DNA from: Promethearchaeota archaeon
GTDB taxonomy: Archaea > Asgardarchaeota > Lokiarchaeia > Sigyniarchaeales > SOKP01
NCBI GenBank assembly: GCA_030599585.1
Contig: JAUVNS010000012.1
Location: 89,919 to 153,918 of the forward strand
Length of the DNA stretch: 64,000 nt
Direction: 5' to 3'
Shown here: positions 10,052 through 19,581 of the stretch, piece after piece
How the letters are laid out: every line of letters starts with the position of its first letter
How positions within the stretch are numbered: the first letter of the stretch is position 1
Notes under the pieces: generated by a model
What the model was told of the DNA's origin: nothing
Databases searched by the model: none
Seen by the model: the letters and a program-made list of their open reading frames with translations, nothing else
Translations under genes and position numbers: made by a program

Positions 10052-11284
10052 TTATTTAATTTTTAAGGTTACATGAATTTCTCCGCCTTTAAACCCCGCA
10101 ACGGTTAGAAATTCGTAATTCCTTAAATTATTTTGAGTTGGGTTTTGCTCTAAATCTAAAACAATAATATCATTAAAATCCAATAGAGTTATTATCGGTT
10201 CAAATTCAGAATCCAATTCAAATCCATTTCTTTCTAGCGTATTAATTATATTTACGCAAGGTGAACTATCTCTCATTTTAATGGAAACTCGTCTTGCACT
10301 TTTACCACATTGAGAACATTCTGGATTTCTCTTCTTTTCAATGTGGTGTAATTTCATAGTCATCGCATTAAATATAATGTAATTTTTGATGGGCTCACCT
10401 AAGCCCTTGTGACCTTTTTCCCAATGAAGGATTTTAACCGCTTCATGAGATTGTAATGCTGAAATAGTTGCGTTAATCGTAATGATGCCAGGATCGTGGC
10501 GATCAATAATTTTTACGATATCATCTTCAGTATATTCAGGTAAAAAATTATGCTTTATTACATACTCATTCGCAACTTTTTGAATAAATCTAATATCTTC
10601 GATATTTTTAGGATTCGGATCTTTATCAAATTTCTCTTTAAAGGCCATATCCCCTTTAAAAACGCAATGAATTCTTTTTCGAGGGATACCAACTACTGTA
10701 CAAGCTGCCATATCATCATTTTGGATGTCGGGTAATGGATTACATTCATAACATGCATTTTGAAATGGAAATATCGTATATACATGACCATAATAACCAG
10801 AAACCCCTCCATCTACCAAAGGTTTCTTAAATCTAATGCATTGAGCGTTTAAGTTCAACCTTGCATTCATTGAATCAAGACCTCCAATTACAACATCTGA
10901 AGCGTGATAGAGTGCTGGATTTAATCTTTCTAAGGATGTATGATACCCTTTAACAATAATATTAGGATTAATTTCGACCAATTTTCTAGCAGCAATAAAT
11001 GCTTTAGGTTCTCCTAACTTTGCTCCAGCAAAGAGAATTTGACGATTCAGGTTAGAATGTTCAATTATATCAATATCAACAAGATCTATATGACCAACGC
11101 CCAACATACTTAAATTCTTGGCAATTTCACATCCCAAACCACCAACCCCAGCGATTAACACTCTTGAATTTTTAACTAATTTCTGGGACCAACCTTCTAA
11201 ACGAAATTGGCGATCGTATAAGTCTCTCTCTTCTTCTGACATTCCTTTTGTAAAAAAATCTGAATCCTTATGCAATATTATCAC
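10052..11284 (-). CDS. Ubiquitin-like activating enzyme E1 (UBA2/UBA3-like)
   Basis: LYDRQ, GVGGLGCE, SNLNRQ, GLDS..AR, ACYEC, catalytic AACT..GIPR...HC and C-terminal CSQC zinc motifs. Confidence 0.93.
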   Translation of the reverse strand: MIILHKDSDFFTKGMSEEERDLYDRQFRLEGWSQKLVKNSRVLIAGVGGLGCEIAKNLSMLGVGHIDLVDIDIIEHSNLNRQILFAGAKLGEPKAFIAARKLVEINPNIIVKGYHTSLERLNPALYHASDVVIGGLDSMNARLNLNAQCIRFKKPLVDGGVSGYYGHVYTIFPFQNACYECNPLPDIQNDDMAACTVVGIPRKRIHCVFKGDMAFKEKFDKDPNPKNIEDIRFIQKVANEYVIKHNFLPEYTEDDIVKIIDRHDPGIITINATISALQSHEAVKILHWEKGHKGLGEPIKNYIIFNAMTMKLHHIEKKRNPECSQCGKSARRVSIKMRDSSPCVNIINTLERNGFELDSEFEPIITLLDFNDIIVLDLEQNPTQNNLRNYEFLTVAGFKGGEIHVTLKIK

Positions 11285-11364
11285 CTTTAATATTAATCAA
11301 AAAAATAAAAAAATTGAAGGGCTTAATGCCCTTATCATATATTATATTTTATGAAAAGAATTAT

Positions 11365-11697
11365 TTAAAAGTATCCAGCTGTACTCGCTGGGATCAAAAG
11401 AATATCGTCGCCGTTACTAACACTATAGTCTTTTAACTGGCTACCTTCATCCATTGTTACGCCACCAGAACTAATGTGAAAGTCATCTGGATCAAGTCCA
11501 AATAAATTTCCAAGCGTTTGTTTGATATCACTTATGTTATTTGCGTCGTTTACAGTCAACTTTTCCTTCTTTTCACCAGGACCAATAGTTGACATGAAAT
11601 ATAAAGTCAATTTTTTGCCTGTTGAGGGAACTTTGCTTGATGGGGTTTTAGAGCTAACTGGTTCTAATTCCTCATCAAAATCTTCATCAAAACTCAT
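11365..11697 (-). CDS. Ubiquitin-like modifier with acidic N-tail; precursor ends ...ASTAG-YF
   Basis: Beta-grasp pattern (ISDIK...FGLDPDDFHISSGG..MDEGSQLKDYSV..GDDILLIP). First gene of the E1-E2-JAB operon. Confidence 0.88.
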   Translation of the reverse strand: MSFDEDFDEELEPVSSKTPSSKVPSTGKKLTLYFMSTIGPGEKKEKLTVNDANNISDIKQTLGNLFGLDPDDFHISSGGVTMDEGSQLKDYSVSNGDDILLIPASTAGYF

Positions 11698-11958
11698 TCA
11701 AATCACTCCTTTATTTTTTTAATTTAAGTTTTTTTTTAAAACTTAATAATATCACGTTAAAATGATATTAAAAAACCCATTGGAATGATTTTGAAGTTTT
11801 TTGAGTTTTGTTTAAAATGTGAGTATCCATGTTAAAAAACCTAATATAATATATTTATAAATTAAATGAATGTCTATCAATATATATAAATAGGAAAATA
11901 TCGTTTTAGAGAGAAGATTTGATAAAATATATCAGTTAATTCAACCCGTTAAAATAAA

Positions 11959-12642
11959 ATGCTTATGAACACTCCGGATAACCTTCAATCTATTGTTTGT
12001 GATATCATAAAGGAATATCTAAAAAAGAAACCTTTCTTTTCAATAGAAGATATAGTGGTGTTCATCGCTAATAGAGTGAGATCGAATCCTAATCTAAATA
12101 GGAACAGCATTGAACTCATTATTAAAAATCTTATAAAAAAAAGAATTCTGATCCCTGGAACCAAATTAATGAAGAATAATATAATAGAATTACCAATACG
12201 AAACGAAATTTACAACCATATTAAGAAACACCCATCGAACATTAATGAAATAATGAAAGCAATCAATATTGGAAGCAACCAAGCGCTCTGGCATTTGTCC
12301 ACGTTAGAGAAGTTTAGATTTACGCGATCAAAAAAAATCAATAATCAAAGAATGATTTTTGAATATGAATCTAATCCCGATCTAGATGAGTTGTATTACT
12401 ATTTGAAACAGGATGTTGTGCAAGATATTATCAACCTTCTGAAAGAAGAACACAAAACCTTTAAAATCACGGAAATAGCTGCGAATTTAAAAAGAAATTA
12501 CAATACTGTAAAGAAATATCTTGAAATATTAAGAAATCTGAAAATAATAAAAATTGAAAAAAATAAAAAAAGAGTTCTATATAGAATAGACCTAGAGAAA
12601 TATGACAATCTCAAGAAATCAATTATTGATAATGAACTATAA
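11959..12642 (+). CDS. Double winged-helix transcriptional regulator (ArsR-like)
   Basis: RNEIYNHIKKHP..INEI...ALWHLSTL and ITEIAANLKRNYNTVKKYLEIL HTH segments; divergent from the Ubl operon. Confidence 0.75.
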   Translation: MLMNTPDNLQSIVCDIIKEYLKKKPFFSIEDIVVFIANRVRSNPNLNRNSIELIIKNLIKKRILIPGTKLMKNNIIELPIRNEIYNHIKKHPSNINEIMKAINIGSNQALWHLSTLEKFRFTRSKKINNQRMIFEYESNPDLDELYYYLKQDVVQDIINLLKEEHKTFKITEIAANLKRNYNTVKKYLEILRNLKIIKIEKNKKRVLYRIDLEKYDNLKKSIIDNEL

Positions 12643-12721
12643 AAATTACGAATTTATACCAATTGAATTTATAAAATTAGATAATAATTAGAAAATTAGA
12701 TAATACTTTAATCAAAAAATC

Positions 12722-13516
12722 ATGAAGAAAAAATATAGAGTTTTAAATATTATAACTCTTTATGTTGTTTTCGCTTTAATCTATTTGACTTTCTTCCTAT
12801 TACAACTAGATAGTTTACCATTATTCCTCTTTCTAACTATTGGGAGTGTTGCTGTATTATCGACAGGTACGATCTATACCGTCGTTCAATATAAAAGCAG
12901 CCCAGCGAAGAGGATAAAAAAAGACAAATATTATCAAAAGCCAAAATCTATCAAAAGAACTTCGAGTGAACTGATTGAGGATTACCTTGAAGCTATGCCA
13001 TTAATAGATCAATACGCTGACACCACTGAAACCTTTGAAAATATTGATTCAATCGATGATTATATTTTTACTTTTTTCACTCAGGAAGTATTAGATAAAA
13101 TCGATTTGTTAGGGTTTTCAAAAATGGATAAAATCTTTTTTATCAGAGAGATGTTGTATTTTGATGCTGATGAGAGAAAGCAACTTATTGATGATATTTT
13201 GAAAAATAAAGATTTAATTGACGAACAGATAACATACAACCCTCCATTAACCACAATTGGAATGGATGATAAAGTTCGCGTTTATGTAAGATCCTTAGTC
13301 GAACCGGGGGAGAGAACCAAAATCATCATTATTGAAACCTCCGAATTAATAGATATAATCAAGGAGCAAGTTGGAATTCTTTTTGATTATAGTTTGGAAG
13401 ATTTTCATTTATCTTCGGGGGGAATTCTCCTTTCCACAGAAAAGCAAATAAAGGACTATTTTATTGACGATGATGACGAAATTGCTCTGATTCCGTCGAG
13501 AAAAAAAGATAAATAG
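12722..13516 (+). CDS. Membrane-anchored (2 TM) protein with C-terminal ubiquitin-like domain lacking terminal Gly
   Basis: Two N-terminal TM helices. The C-terminal EPGE...IKEQVGILFD...DFHLSSGG...IKDY...DDEIALIP aligns with the two Ubls; ends PSRKKDK. Confidence 0.8.
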   Translation: MKKKYRVLNIITLYVVFALIYLTFFLLQLDSLPLFLFLTIGSVAVLSTGTIYTVVQYKSSPAKRIKKDKYYQKPKSIKRTSSELIEDYLEAMPLIDQYADTTETFENIDSIDDYIFTFFTQEVLDKIDLLGFSKMDKIFFIREMLYFDADERKQLIDDILKNKDLIDEQITYNPPLTTIGMDDKVRVYVRSLVEPGERTKIIIIETSELIDIIKEQVGILFDYSLEDFHLSSGGILLSTEKQIKDYFIDDDDEIALIPSRKKDK

Positions 13517-13532
13517 AATGAGATTTTTTTTC

Positions 13533-15191
13533 CTAGAGATTTCTAATTTCTTGAAACCTACTAATAACCCATTTTTTATCCAAGGCAGCTATGAATGGTG
13601 CAAACCGAGGACCCCTTGTTCTTCCAAGAAACAATTGATAGAGTAGTTCAAAGAATTGATTCATATCCTTACGATTTATTTCTGCTTCTTCTCGTAAGGT
13701 TATCATTTTTTGTTTTATATCTTCCTCAGTCCAGTTTGTTTCTTCGAGTGCTTGTCCAAGATCTAAAACAAAGTTACGTATCTTTTCGTTATACTGCCTT
13801 AAAACAACTGGCGAAACGTGTTTGCTTAATTGTATTCTGAGATGTTTTGGAGAATATTCTGATATTACCCAATTCTTAGCCAGATTTAATCTTTTTTGAA
13901 TATGATCAGTAATCTCCTTTGATGGGCTTTCTTTTAACTTTTCTGTTGCTATTAATTTTTCAATAACTTGTTCAGTTCCCTTTTGGTCAGGAGTTACTAG
14001 TTGGGAATGAATAAGAGCAGTTTGATAGTCAAATTGGAATCCTCTATATTCTGGGATGTCATTATAAAACGCAATTTCATAACTCCTTTGAATTGTATGA
14101 AGTTCTGCTGAATCGGTAAATGATTCTATTTTATGATAGATTCTCTGGGCTCGATCGTATTCTGCAATATAACTCGGGATCTTATCTAAACCCAGAATAA
14201 TGCGTCTTTTTGGAGGTGTTTTGAGATATTTATATTTCAATACTTCTGGTTCAGCATATTCTAACCATTTTGTTGGTGTGAACCCGATGAAACCTGAGCT
14301 TGTCATATCTCCAAAATCTTTTCGACCTTCTGAATAGCCAACCCATTCATTCCAAAATCCATATGGCCCTTTATGATTTAGGACAGATTCTAGAACTTCA
14401 ATACAACTATCACGGGATCCTCCTGGTGTAGCATGGTCCTTTCCATACGGTTCAAAATGTATATCCAGAACGTACCATATTGCCAACCATTCAAGCCGCC
14501 AAGTTAATTTTCCCTTGCTAATATCTGACCATCCGTCGTTCTTGCATTCATCACAGAAATAATGAACTTGGTAGGTATCAAGATTAACTTCCAAAGCTTT
14601 TGTTGTACCTATTCGATTACAATGCTGACATAGTGGATTAATGGGAATCCAATTCTCGGGAAAAGGATTTTCTTTACGAAATTTATTTAAGATTTCTCGA
14701 ACCTTGTCCTTTTTGTTAATAAGCTCGATTACTACATTTTTCATTCTCTCCTGCTGATATAATTCATGAGTTCTGATGATCTGAATGCCTCGTCCAAATT
14801 TGGGCATTGGTACTCCAAAATCTTTCCAATAATAATCCACCCAGGTTTCTTTTTGATTGTTAGGAGAAGGAACATCGATTAAACGCCAGTTAATAAATTC
14901 TTTTGCTTTCTCCAGATCTGGAAACGCATTTAATTGAGCAAGTTTCCCCTTCCATGGGTCTGATGTATAGAGAATTAAATTGTGTGTGGCTTGATATCCC
15001 CGATTTTGGAGTTCATTTACAATCGCATTCGCAAGAACAATCTCTCCTCTTAAGCGTCCGATGTGTTGTTGACCAGATACAGAAATTCCACAATTGCAAT
15101 TAAAATCTTTTATTCCTAGCCAATTCTTTATTAGATCGGATGTTAATTTATCTATCCAATGCTGAGGTTGTATCTTTGGCTTCTCTGTCAT
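13533..15191 (-). CDS. lysS: Lysine--tRNA ligase, class I
   Basis: HWID, SGQQHIGRLRG, KLTWRLEW, EPYGKDH...GGS and C-terminal GPR motifs; KMSSS appears as DMTSS. Confidence 0.93.
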   Translation of the reverse strand: MTEKPKIQPQHWIDKLTSDLIKNWLGIKDFNCNCGISVSGQQHIGRLRGEIVLANAIVNELQNRGYQATHNLILYTSDPWKGKLAQLNAFPDLEKAKEFINWRLIDVPSPNNQKETWVDYYWKDFGVPMPKFGRGIQIIRTHELYQQERMKNVVIELINKKDKVREILNKFRKENPFPENWIPINPLCQHCNRIGTTKALEVNLDTYQVHYFCDECKNDGWSDISKGKLTWRLEWLAIWYVLDIHFEPYGKDHATPGGSRDSCIEVLESVLNHKGPYGFWNEWVGYSEGRKDFGDMTSSGFIGFTPTKWLEYAEPEVLKYKYLKTPPKRRIILGLDKIPSYIAEYDRAQRIYHKIESFTDSAELHTIQRSYEIAFYNDIPEYRGFQFDYQTALIHSQLVTPDQKGTEQVIEKLIATEKLKESPSKEITDHIQKRLNLAKNWVISEYSPKHLRIQLSKHVSPVVLRQYNEKIRNFVLDLGQALEETNWTEEDIKQKMITLREEAEINRKDMNQFFELLYQLFLGRTRGPRFAPFIAALDKKWVISRFQEIRNL

Positions 15192-15324
15192 TCTTACTTA
15201 TCACTTTGAGATAGATGATTATTTATAATAATGAAGAATAAAAGAAAAATTTAATTGGAACTTGTTTTGGTGAGAGTTTCGTTTTCTGTTTTACTAGTGT
15301 TTTTATAAAGTCCTTCCAACTTAT

Positions 15325-15711
15325 TCAACCAGCAATGCTAGCTGGAATTAATAATATATCATCTCCATCAGCTACATTGTAATCGTTAAGGTTAGAGAAT
15401 TCATCCATGGTAACTCCCCCTGAAGACAAATGAAAATCAGATGGATCTAAAGCAAATAAATTCGCTACAGTATCTTTGATGTCTCCAATTTTATTCCCTG
15501 TGAATACAAGCAATTTTTGTTTTTTCTCCCCTGGTCCTATAGTGGATAGAAAAAAAACTGAAATCTTTTTTCCTTCAGGAGACTTTTTGCGTTCTGGGGT
15601 CTTAACTCTAAAATCTTTTGTAGGGTGCTTTGAAGACGGATCGTCAAAATCTTCATCTAAGCTTTCATCAAAATCCTCATCGAATTCTTCGTCGAACTCC
15701 TCTTCATCCAT
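15325..15711 (-). CDS. Second ubiquitin-like modifier, mature C-terminus ...ASIAG
   Basis: Close paralogue of 11365..11697 (STIGPGEKK, DFHLSSGGVTMDE, GDDILLIPAS) with a longer acidic DEEF/DEDF tail. Confidence 0.88.
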   Translation of the reverse strand: MDEEEFDEEFDEDFDESLDEDFDDPSSKHPTKDFRVKTPERKKSPEGKKISVFFLSTIGPGEKKQKLLVFTGNKIGDIKDTVANLFALDPSDFHLSSGGVTMDEFSNLNDYNVADGDDILLIPASIAG

Positions 15712-15889
15712 TGCTTAACACCATAAATTTAGATTATTAAATTTTATATTTCTTTTAAAAATTAATGAAATTTATGTTATATAAATAGACTTCACAACAC
15801 CAATTAATTTCTCAAATTGAAATTACAAACACTTTAGAAATCGAATCAATATAATATTAGTAATAAATTATGTAAGGTTAAGAACTGCC

Positions 15890-16993
15890 ATGAAGGAAAA
15901 ACCTATTCCTAAGTATCAAATTCGAGAAAAAACGCCCGAAGAGCAACTAGAACCCATCCCTAATGCGAAATTACTTAAAAAAATTAAGGAAGAAAGAATT
16001 AAATTAAATAAAGAGAAAACTGAATGGGAACGAATTATTAATAAAATTGAAGGGTCTCAAGATAATATTCAAGATTTAGAAAAAAAAAGAAAAGAAAAAG
16101 AACTTCAAGTGAGAGATCTCCAAAACAAACACGAAAAACTAAAAACTAAATTAGATAATATGAGAAACGAAATAAAAGAAAGTAAATATAATCTCAATGC
16201 AAAAGAAAGGGAGTTAGACCAGAAAAATGCCGACTTAGAGCAATATAAAGAGAGATTAGACGGAATAAGAGGCGAATTAGAAAGCGAGAAGAAATACATA
16301 GAAAAAGAAAAAGAAAAAGCAAAAGACAGAATTAAAGAAATAAAAACCAAGTTACCCGGAATGGAACGGAGAGAGAATGCGTTAGAGAGAACAATCGAAA
16401 AGTTGGAAAACAATTTAATGGATTTACGAAACGAAGGTAAAAGCTTAACGAGAGAGAGAGATAACCTAAACAAAGAAATCAATAGTTTGAGAAGAGAGAT
16501 AATAGATGAAAAAAATCGAATTGATAATGAGAAAAGAAGATTAAAAGATGAAAAGGAAAAGGTTCGCTATAAGAAAAAAGACTTAAGTCTTCAAGCTCGT
16601 GATATTGAGAAAAAAAAAGAGAAATTGGGAAAATTTAAAGAGAATGTAAACCACGACGTAAGAGATTTAGAAAGAAAGAAAAAAGGGCACGAGGCAAGGT
16701 TAAAAGAATTAGACCGGAAAGTACCCAAAGCTGAAGATACTTATTTTTCACTAGAACACAAAATTAATAATTCAGAGAATAAATTGAAAAATTTAAAAAC
16801 CGAAATAAAAAAATTGGAAAAGGAAAAATCGAAAATTGAGGATGATAAATTTTCAATTAGAAAGGAGAGGCAAAGATTAGACAGTGATAAAGAGAGATTT
16901 CTTAGAGAAAAGAAAAGTTTTGAGAGAGAATTAAAAAAGGCAAAAGAAATACCAAAATATAAAATCAAATCAAAAACTCCTTCGAGATATTAA
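15890..16993 (+). CDS. Long charged coiled-coil protein with IPKY(Q/K)I motif at both ends
   Basis: E/K/R-rich heptads over ~320 aa; no globular motif seen. Confidence 0.7.
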   Translation: MKEKPIPKYQIREKTPEEQLEPIPNAKLLKKIKEERIKLNKEKTEWERIINKIEGSQDNIQDLEKKRKEKELQVRDLQNKHEKLKTKLDNMRNEIKESKYNLNAKERELDQKNADLEQYKERLDGIRGELESEKKYIEKEKEKAKDRIKEIKTKLPGMERRENALERTIEKLENNLMDLRNEGKSLTRERDNLNKEINSLRREIIDEKNRIDNEKRRLKDEKEKVRYKKKDLSLQARDIEKKKEKLGKFKENVNHDVRDLERKKKGHEARLKELDRKVPKAEDTYFSLEHKINNSENKLKNLKTEIKKLEKEKSKIEDDKFSIRKERQRLDSDKERFLREKKSFERELKKAKEIPKYKIKSKTPSRY

Positions 16994-17001
16994 TCAGTTA
17001 A

Positions 17002-18051
17002 GTGGGGGGACTTATGAAGATTCCAAAAGGAATTGAAGGCGATTACCTTGAAATAAAAGAAAACCACCTTTTTTTCGATATAAAAGGGTATCACCACCCC
17101 CAAGACCGAAAAATTTGTTTTTTAAGATTTTACCCCGATCAAAATGGGGATAGAATAAAGGAAGGCAAGAAGTATAAAAAAATCTATTCCTTGGATGATA
17201 GATATCTGAAAGTAAGAGAAGAATACCCGCAATATCTTTTTTTTTCAAACGAACTTGATTTAGAACTCCAAGGCGTTAAAATCGGAGACATTAAAAAAAT
17301 ATACACCCCAAGGGATTATTACTATACGCTAATCACGAAGAAACAATTAGTAGGGGTCGAATTAGCTTTAGTACAATTGTGCGAGTTGTTTATTAAGAAA
17401 TGTAAAGTGGATGAGAACTTAATAGGAATATCTGGATCACCCATGGTCGGATTAAATAAAGAAAAGACTGATTTAGATATATTAATATATGGTACTCGCG
17501 AGAGCTTAGAATTTCAAAACAATTTAAAAAAGATCTTTAGTGTATCAAAGGGTTTAAGGAAGTATAGTGCACAAGAATATAAAACTCACTACAATTGGAG
17601 ATTTGGAGGATCTAGCTTTAACTTTGAGAATTTTCTTAAAAGTGAAAAAAGAAAACTCCATCAAGGGAAATATAATGGAACTGATTTTTTTATTCGGTAT
17701 ATTAAAAGCCCGGAAGATTGGAAAGGAAATTTTTACGATTACCAATTTAAGAATCTAGGAAGGATTGAAATACAAGCAAAGATTGTAGATTCATCTGATT
17801 CCATTTTTACTCCCTGCTCTTATAAAATTAAATGTAAAGAAATCATGGATAAAAATCTTATTGTGAATAGCATAAATTTAAACGATATTACTGAAATCAA
17901 CTCCTTTCGCGGGAGGTTTTGTGAACACGCTAAGGATGGAGAAAGCGTATTAGTTAAAGGAAAACTAGAAGAAGTAATTTTCAAAGGTAACCAAAAACAT
18001 CTAAGAATTTTACTCACGGATCAAACTCAAGATATTTTTTGCGTAATATAG
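17002..18051 (+). CDS. Archaeal predicted nucleotidyltransferase (COG1665-like)
   Basis: KGYHHP, GISGS...DLDILIYG (Pol-beta-type GS..DxD) and a C-terminal TPC...SFRGRF.E.A..GE OB-like segment. Confidence 0.7.
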   Translation: MGGLMKIPKGIEGDYLEIKENHLFFDIKGYHHPQDRKICFLRFYPDQNGDRIKEGKKYKKIYSLDDRYLKVREEYPQYLFFSNELDLELQGVKIGDIKKIYTPRDYYYTLITKKQLVGVELALVQLCELFIKKCKVDENLIGISGSPMVGLNKEKTDLDILIYGTRESLEFQNNLKKIFSVSKGLRKYSAQEYKTHYNWRFGGSSFNFENFLKSEKRKLHQGKYNGTDFFIRYIKSPEDWKGNFYDYQFKNLGRIEIQAKIVDSSDSIFTPCSYKIKCKEIMDKNLIVNSINLNDITEINSFRGRFCEHAKDGESVLVKGKLEEVIFKGNQKHLRILLTDQTQDIFCVI

Positions 18052-18153
18052 CTTTAACTATCTTACTAAACATAAAGAAGCGCTTTTTTTCCTAAAACAA
18101 AAAAAATAATAGGAACAAATCATTATTTTTATAAGACATACCTAATTTTTAAA

Positions 18154-19224
18154 ATGATTGAGAGATATAAAAAGTCCGCAGAATTAGACCCGAAAGACGC
18201 AGACGCGTGGATTAACCTCGGGGACGCTTATTACGACGAAAAACTTTTTGATGAAGCTGTAAAAGCATATAAGAAATCAATTGAACTTATTCCCTATTTT
18301 TCAGAAGTATGGAATAATTTAGGCTTGGCGCTCAGTATGATACAAAAGTTCGAAGAAGCTATTGAATGTTATCAAGAAGCGCTTAAAATCGAACCTGACG
18401 ACGCAATTTCTTACTATAACATGGGATTTGCATATGAGGATTTAGAAGATTACGAGAATGCGTTAAAATATTATAAAATCGCATTAGAGTATGAACCAAG
18501 CTACTCAGATGTGTGGAATAATATTGCTTTAATTTATCGAGAAAAAGAACAATATGATGAAGCAATAATATGCTACAAAAAAGCGATAAAAATCAACCCA
18601 GATGAGCTGATGTTATATAACAATCTAGCTATCATCTATTATGATAACCAGAACTTCGAGGAAGCCATAAAAATTTACAAAAAAGCTATTGATCTTAATC
18701 CCAACAATGCGGAATTGTGGTTTGATTTAGGTGACATTGCCTATGAACAAAACGATTACGAATTGGCAATAAACTGTTATATAAAAGCAACTGAACTTAA
18801 CCCTCAATTCATTGAAGCTTGGAATAATTTAGGATTATCCTACACCTTTACGGAAGAATATGAAAAATCTGTCAAGTGCTATGAAGAAGCACTAAGTTTG
18901 CAGTCTGATGACCCAGTTCTTTACGAAAATTTAGCGTTTAGCTTTAGTGCTTTAAATGATTTTGATAATGCCATTTTATATTACCAAAACACTCTTAGAA
19001 TCGATCCTGAGAATATCAATGCGCTTAAGAAATTAGGTCGCATTTATTGCGATGTGAGAAAAAACTATAAAGAGGCAATAAAACATTTCAATCAGATTGT
19101 CGCTTTGGATCCTTCCGAATTAGATTTTTGGGAATCAGCTGTAAGTTGTCACGAAAACCTAGGAAATTTTGAAAAAGCTAAAGAATGGAGCGAAAAAGGG
19201 TCTAGACTAAAAGCAAATGATTAA
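18154..19224 (+). CDS. Tetratricopeptide repeat protein (~10 TPRs)
   Basis: Recurrent 34-aa W.NLG..Y......EEA...Y.KA..L.P units. Confidence 0.92.
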   Translation: MIERYKKSAELDPKDADAWINLGDAYYDEKLFDEAVKAYKKSIELIPYFSEVWNNLGLALSMIQKFEEAIECYQEALKIEPDDAISYYNMGFAYEDLEDYENALKYYKIALEYEPSYSDVWNNIALIYREKEQYDEAIICYKKAIKINPDELMLYNNLAIIYYDNQNFEEAIKIYKKAIDLNPNNAELWFDLGDIAYEQNDYELAINCYIKATELNPQFIEAWNNLGLSYTFTEEYEKSVKCYEEALSLQSDDPVLYENLAFSFSALNDFDNAILYYQNTLRIDPENINALKKLGRIYCDVRKNYKEAIKHFNQIVALDPSELDFWESAVSCHENLGNFEKAKEWSEKGSRLKAND

Positions 19225-19251
19225 TAATCTATTCTAGTTTTAAATTTACTA

Positions 19252-19305
19252 ATGGATTCATTTAATGCTGACTTACACATCCATTCACCTCATTCAAATT
19301 TATGA
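19252..19305 (+). pseudogene. Displaced 5' fragment of an EndoQ/PHP-family gene (MDSFNADLHIHSPHSNL*)
   Basis: Matches the N-terminus MNSYNCDLHIHSHHS of 25020..26330 at protein level with many synonymous differences; upstream AT context is also similar. Confidence 0.8.
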
Positions 19306-19581
19306 GATCTTTCAATAAAATGCTGTAAAATCAGAATAAATCAACATTACAATCTTTGTAGATTTTCTTATGGAAAGCTTGCATTATTTTCGTTACTATT
19401 TATCCCTTCCTTAAATGGATTCAGTCTAAGTTTTATATATTATATTTTAATCAAGTTTACTTTACTTTACTTTACATAGATATTGTAAACCATAATACTG
19501 TATCATGATTTAACAACTATCTTTAAATAAAAGAACAATTTTATATATAATATGAATTTTTAGTTTATTCTATTATGCGAA

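Noticed and set aside
12673-12704. 13-bp direct repeat aaaattagataat upstream of the membrane Ubl gene
   Set aside because: Could be an operator, but it is too AT-rich to distinguish from chance.
15890-16993. SMC/Rad50 or ESCRT-III assignment for the coiled-coil protein
   Set aside because: No Walker motifs, hinge or Snf7-like organisation is visible.
19456-19475. (TTTAC)4 microsatellite
   Set aside because: A short simple repeat in AT-rich DNA with no evidence of function.
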